The notes under the pieces were generated by a model. The model made no database searches, was not told the DNA's origin, and was given only the letters and a program-made list of their open reading frames with translations. The position numbers and the translations under genes are program-made. DNA of 20,000 nucleotides, from sequence record SRR22947725_1818. One strand, written 5' to 3'. Shown here in pieces: positions 16,119-20,000 of the stretch; position 1 is the first letter of the stretch; each line of letters begins with the position of its first letter.

Positions 16119-16857
16119 GGCTCGGAGCGCGCGTCCGGAGCGAGCGGCGGACAGCCAACACCCAGCCCGCCGCAACACAGGCCGAGAAAATGAACCACTG
16201 GAACGCGTACGACAGATGGTTGCCTTCGCCCAGTACTGGCGTGTCGAGCAATGTCGGATCTGCCGGGCCGGCGACGGGTTCTGACGAGACCAACTCGACG
16301 TAGAGCGGTACGAGGTCGCCGCCAAACTGCGGCGCGAGGCGTTCGAGATCCACGCGTCGGGTCTGTGCGATCACCTCGGTATCCGCGTCGCTCAATTCGC
16401 CACGCTGGCGAACCTCGGACGGGCGCAGCCGTCCTTCAATCGTGACCGCCACCGCCGGAGGAGATGGGACTTGCCCCTCCACGGGAATCGCCCCTCGATT
16501 GACGATGAGGACACGGCCGTCATCGATCACGAGTGGGGTCAGCACATTGTCGACTGCACGCCCACCCTGGGTCCGGTTGAACAGCACCACCTGGTCGGGG
16601 AGATACGTGCCGGACGCCGTGACACGGCGATTGGCGACCGCGTCCGGACCGAGATCCGCGGCGAGCAACGATTCGAGTGGAACCGGCGTCTGCTCGATGC
16701 GTTCGATGAACTCGGCGTTGGCGTCGCGACGCTGGTCGAGACGCCGCAGTTGCCACATGCCCGCGAAGATCATGCCGACAACTGCGCAAGCGCAGAGCAG
16801 GTGAAAGCCGAGCCACTTGGGCCGGAGGAGGAAGCCGAACTTCGACGCCGCTGCCAT
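16114..16857 (-). CDS. SURF1 family protein (cytochrome oxidase assembly family)
   Basis: 247 aa. N-terminal TM followed by GMWQLRR, RRVTASGTY, VLTPL, LIVNRG, IEGRLRPSE, GNHLSYAFQWFIF and a C-terminal TM. Confidence 0.92.
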   Translation of the reverse strand: MAAASKFGFLLRPKWLGFHLLCACAVVGMIFAGMWQLRRLDQRRDANAEFIERIEQTPVPLESLLAADLGPDAVANRRVTASGTYLPDQVVLFNRTQGGRAVDNVLTPLVIDDGRVLIVNRGAIPVEGQVPSPPAVAVTIEGRLRPSEVRQRGELSDADTEVIAQTRRVDLERLAPQFGGDLVPLYVELVSSEPVAGPADPTLLDTPVLGEGNHLSYAFQWFIFSACVAAGWVLAVRRSLRTRAPSP

Positions 16858-16866
16858 CGCTGATGG

Positions 16867-16891
16867 ACGGTATCGGGTCCTTTGTTACTGT
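16867..16891. promoter_or_regulatory. Back-to-back -10 elements for divergent SURF1 and phosphotransferase genes
   Basis: Minus-strand TACCGT (16867-16872) lies 9 nt before ATG 16857. Plus-strand extended TGnTACTGT (16883-16891) lies 7 nt before ATG 16899. Confidence 0.5.
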
Positions 16892-16898
16892 CCGCCCA

Positions 16899-17933
16899 AT
16901 GGGCCCTGATGACATCACCAACGAACGGATGTCTCAGCTGATGGGCGCCGACATCACGCTCGTCACCACGAGTCGTATCGGTGACGGCCTCGTTGGTTTG
17001 AACTTGCGGGTCGGCCTCGAGTGTGCGGATCCAGCGGTGCCGTCTTCGGTGGTGATCAAGTTGCCATCACTCGATGAGACGAGCCGTGCCACCGGGATGG
17101 CACTTCGCAACTACGAGCGCGAAGTGAAGTTCTATCTCGGTGTCGCAGACACGGTCGACATCCGCGTTCCGCACTGCCACCACGGTGAATGGCACGAATC
17201 GTCTGGCGATTTCATCCTCGTACTCGAAGACATGGCGCCGGCGGAACAAGGCAATCAAGTCACCGGTTGCAGCCCGGAGATGGCGGTCGCCGCCGTGGAA
17301 GAACTCGCCAAACTGCACGCGCCGCGATGGGACGACCCGACGCTCGACGATCTCGACTGGCTGGGTGGAAGATCGACACCCGAGGACATCGCCGCTGTGG
17401 TGGGGCTCTGGGCGATGTTCATGCCCAGCTTCCTTGAGACGTACACGCACCATCTGGATGCGCCGCAACTGGACATGCTTAATGCCTTCGGCGAGCGCAT
17501 CGAAGGGTGGATGAACGGTCGTTCCGGTCCCAAGACTGTCACCCACGGCGACTATCGACTCGACAACCTGCTCTTCGGCGACGGAATCGCAGCACCCCGG
17601 GTGACGGCCGTGGACTGGCAAACACCCGGCCACGGTTCGCCGGTCGTTGACCTCTCCTACTTCTGCGGCGCTGGTCTCGTTCCCGAGGAGCGCCGAACTC
17701 ACGACCATGCGTTGGTGCGCAGCTATGTTTCAGCGTTGGGTATCGGGGGCGTCGATGCCGACGAGGCCTGGGTCTGGGAGCAGTACCGCCGAGAGACATT
17801 CGCGGGCGTCGTGATGGCGGTCATTGCTTCGCAAGTGGTGGGGGAGAGCGAACGCAGCGAGGCAATGTTTGCTGCCATGGCCACCCGCCACCTCCAACAT
17901 GCCATCGACCTTGATTCGTTGGCCCTGACCTGA
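16899..17933 (+). CDS. Aminoglycoside phosphotransferase / EcKinase-like phosphotransferase
   Basis: VVIKLP, YEREVKFY, LVLEDM, LAKLHA, Brenner motif HGDYRLDN, VDWQ, DLSYF. Start placed at ATG 16899 (344 aa) rather than 16863, which would leave only 5 nt to the divergent gene. Confidence 0.85.
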   Translation: MGPDDITNERMSQLMGADITLVTTSRIGDGLVGLNLRVGLECADPAVPSSVVIKLPSLDETSRATGMALRNYEREVKFYLGVADTVDIRVPHCHHGEWHESSGDFILVLEDMAPAEQGNQVTGCSPEMAVAAVEELAKLHAPRWDDPTLDDLDWLGGRSTPEDIAAVVGLWAMFMPSFLETYTHHLDAPQLDMLNAFGERIEGWMNGRSGPKTVTHGDYRLDNLLFGDGIAAPRVTAVDWQTPGHGSPVVDLSYFCGAGLVPEERRTHDHALVRSYVSALGIGGVDADEAWVWEQYRRETFAGVVMAVIASQVVGESERSEAMFAAMATRHLQHAIDLDSLALT

Positions 17934-17943
17934 TGGGCATCTG

Positions 17944-18444
17944 ATGAACGACACGCCGATGGAGCTTCCCGACTTCCACATTCCGCACGCCGAGAAGATC
18001 GAATGGATGATCGAGACCAACGGCTGGGCACTCGAACCAGTCGAGGCGCGTCCGGACACCGATCCGCCGACCCCTGCCTACGCGTACTCGATTGGCATGT
18101 CCGACGCGGTTGCCTTCCCCGACGTCGCCGTCTTCGGTCTCACGCCCGTCGCGGCCAACGGCCTCGTCACGCTGGTTGCAGATGCCTGTCGTGGCGGCAC
18201 CGAAATCCCGCTCGGTGTGGAACTCGTCGGGCTCCTCGACAACGAACTGCGCTGCTGCTTCGCGTCGATAGATCTCGGTGCGCATGGCCACCTCTTTTCG
18301 ACGGCGGCTTCGTGGTATCGCGGTGCGCCGTTCTCGATGGTGCAGCTGATCTATCCCGATCGCAACGGCTTCATGCCGTACGAGGCTGGCTACGAGCAGC
18401 GGATGCGGCTCGCCCAACCCGTGGTGGGTGACGTCACAGCCTGA
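17944..18444 (+). CDS. DUF4262 domain protein
   Basis: 166 aa. GWALEPV...AYAYSIGM...PDVAVFGL...QLIYPDRNGFMPYE is the pattern I recognise for DUF4262; starts 10 nt after the kinase stop. Confidence 0.78.
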   Translation: MNDTPMELPDFHIPHAEKIEWMIETNGWALEPVEARPDTDPPTPAYAYSIGMSDAVAFPDVAVFGLTPVAANGLVTLVADACRGGTEIPLGVELVGLLDNELRCCFASIDLGAHGHLFSTAASWYRGAPFSMVQLIYPDRNGFMPYEAGYEQRMRLAQPVVGDVTA

Positions 18445-18606
18445 TCAAAATCGACGCTCGCCCGCGGAATGCGTCGCGAGCGTTCCGGGGCTCGGGCAAA
18501 CGGCCACTGATACATTCGCGATGTCATGCCGGATCCAGTTGCGCTTCCCGCCACGGGCGCGTGGTTGCTCAGGTCACCCGCCCGGACGTCGACGGCGGCC
18601 TGATCG

Positions 18607-19386
18607 GTGCCCGAGGGACTCGAAGCGGAAATCTGGCGGAGCGCACTCGATGCACTGGTCGGAAGGACGATCACCGATGTCTGGATCGACGACCGCGTTG
18701 CTGATCCTGGGCTCGCGGTCGTGTTGCCGGGTTCAATGGTGGAGCGAATCGAGCGCTGCGGCAAAGTGATCCGAATCCACACGCCAGATCATGTTCTCGG
18801 CCTCCATTTCGGGATGACCGGTCGGGTGATCGTCGACGGAGTGGCACCGATCGAGTCGCTCGAGTACGCCTCAGACAAGGATCGCCCAGCGTGGGATCGC
18901 CTTCGTCTTGGGACCGCTGGTGCGACTGGAACCGACATCCCCGCGCTCCGCGTGAACGACCCGCGCCGTCTGGGTCGATCGTCACTTGACGCTGATCTTG
19001 ACCATCTTGGAGTCGACATCTTGAGCGTCGATGCCGACCTTCTCGCGGCGGCACTCGACGGTCGGCGCGCCGCCATCAAAACGGTGCTGCTCGACCAGAC
19101 CGTGGTCGCCGGCCTGGGCAACCTGTGTGCCGACGAAGTGTTGTGGTGGTCAGGCGTGGCGCCACAGCGCGGCGTTGACTCGCTCACCGAACCGGAGGTT
19201 GGCTCCATCGCGTCGGCAATTGCCGTGCGGCTGCCCATCATGCTCAGGCGTGGAGGGTCGACGAAGGGCGAGCTGAACCCGAACACACGGCAAGCGCTCG
19301 GCTCGTGTCCGCGCGACCTGGCGCCGCTGCAACGGGCGACGATCGGTGGGCGAACAGCTGTGTGGTGCCCTGAACATCAACAGTGA
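18607..19386 (+). CDS. Fpg/Nei family DNA glycosylase / AP lyase
   Basis: 259 aa. N-terminal catalytic PE (MPEGLE), RCGK, LHFGMTG, DPRRLG, H2TH IKTVLLDQTVVAGLGN..ADEVLW, C-terminal finger with GGR..VWCP..Q. Confidence 0.9.
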   Translation: MPEGLEAEIWRSALDALVGRTITDVWIDDRVADPGLAVVLPGSMVERIERCGKVIRIHTPDHVLGLHFGMTGRVIVDGVAPIESLEYASDKDRPAWDRLRLGTAGATGTDIPALRVNDPRRLGRSSLDADLDHLGVDILSVDADLLAAALDGRRAAIKTVLLDQTVVAGLGNLCADEVLWWSGVAPQRGVDSLTEPEVGSIASAIAVRLPIMLRRGGSTKGELNPNTRQALGSCPRDLAPLQRATIGGRTAVWCPEHQQ

Positions 19387-19466
19387 CGAGGCAGTGATGG
19401 GGCAGAGACCGCGGGGAATCATGCGAGCTTCGCAATCCGCGTGCCGACCTGGCACACTCTCTGCTG

Positions 19467-20000
19467 GTGGACGTCAAGGTGCTGAGAGACTTGGTTGCCA
19501 GAGTGGCGGCGGCTAGCGCACCAGAAACGAACACGATCTACGCCGTTGTGGTGGCACTCGGGGCGATCGGACTTGCGCTCGCTGTCCTGGCCGTCTGGCT
19601 CATCAGGCAGACCCAGCCCGAACGTGAGCTCCTCGCCCCACTTGAGCGCATGTACGACCGCTCCTGGCGCAAACAAGAGCCTGCACAGATGCGGCGCGAT
19701 CTTGACGAGGTGCGACCAGCACATGCTCGCCCGGTTGCTCGAGGGCGCGACGTCCCTGAGGTCGATGACGAGTTCGCGCAGAGTCAACCGAGGGTGGCGA
19801 CGTTCGACGACCTGCGCGCGGAGCACGCGTCCGACACAAAGCATGAGTCGAGCGAACGATCCGTCGCCGGTGCCGACCCGCTGTCGGCCACGCGTGCTGT
19901 CCCAGAACTGATGACCGATGGGACGCCGCCCGCCAGCATCGACATGGACAGCGACATGGGCAGCGACATGGACATCGACAGCGACATCGACAGCGACAGC
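19467..20000 (+). CDS. Hypothetical single-pass membrane protein with acidic tail (3' end outside the window)
   Basis: Translated by hand; absent from the ORF track because it has no stop in the window. 178 open codons from GTG 19467: MDVKVLRDLV...TIYAVVVALGAIGLALAVLAVWLIRQTQPERELLAPLERM...DMDSDMGSDMDIDSDIDSDS. Upstream in-frame TGA at 19395. Confidence 0.75.
   Translation, partial: MDVKVLRDLVARVAAASAPETNTIYAVVVALGAIGLALAVLAVWLIRQTQPERELLAPLERMYDRSWRKQEPAQMRRDLDEVRPAHARPVARGRDVPEVDDEFAQSQPRVATFDDLRAEHASDTKHESSERSVAGADPLSATRAVPELMTDGTPPASIDMDSDMGSDMDIDSDIDSDS
19935..20000 (+). repeat. Degenerate 6-bp coding microsatellite (GACANN)n
   Basis: Run of GAC ATG / GAC AGC / GAC ATC units encoding (D-x)n with x = S, M or I; runs to the window edge. 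Confidence 0.85.

Noticed and set aside
16114-16857. SURF1 gene separated from cytochrome oxidase genes as a novelty
   Set aside because: Stand-alone SURF1-family genes are commonplace in Actinobacteria.
13838-17933. Antibiotic resistance genes (metallo-beta-lactamase, aminoglycoside kinase)
   Set aside because: Only fold-level motifs. The MBL has no signal peptide and a non-canonical metal motif, the kinase is of the broad EcKinase/APH-like type, and there is no mobile context.
19419-19987. ORF-track entries 19419-19844 (-), 19495-19911 (+), 19603-19839 (-) and 19784-19987 (-)
   Set aside because: Alternative frames of the more protein-like open frame starting at 19467.

Overview
High-GC, gene-dense window that looks actinobacterial; an Acidimicrobiia/Ilumatobacter-like host is an inference from gene content and promoter style. 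The left 11.6 kb is a minus-strand, translationally coupled de novo purine operon, purL-purQ-purC-purF-[purD::purM fusion]-purN-guaB, followed by a GerMN/Gmad2 lipoprotein gene. The operon has unusual architecture. PurD and PurM are one 734-aa polypeptide, as in fungal Ade5,7, and purN overlaps its stop codon, giving the D-M-N order of metazoan GART. PurN carries Ade8-like motifs, and PurL carries two N-terminal PurS-like domains while PurQ stays separate. Divergently transcribed is a four-gene plus-strand unit: histidine phosphatase, GMC oxidoreductase, MBL-fold hydrolase and a lycopene cyclase with no other crt genes nearby. The rest holds a SURF1 gene, an APH/EcKinase-like phosphotransferase, a DUF4262 gene, an Fpg/Nei glycosylase with an atypical C-D-C-H zinc finger, and a truncated membrane protein with an Asp-rich repeat that the ORF track misses. 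No rRNA, tRNA, CRISPR array or transposase was seen. All family calls come from motif recognition by eye; no searches were run.
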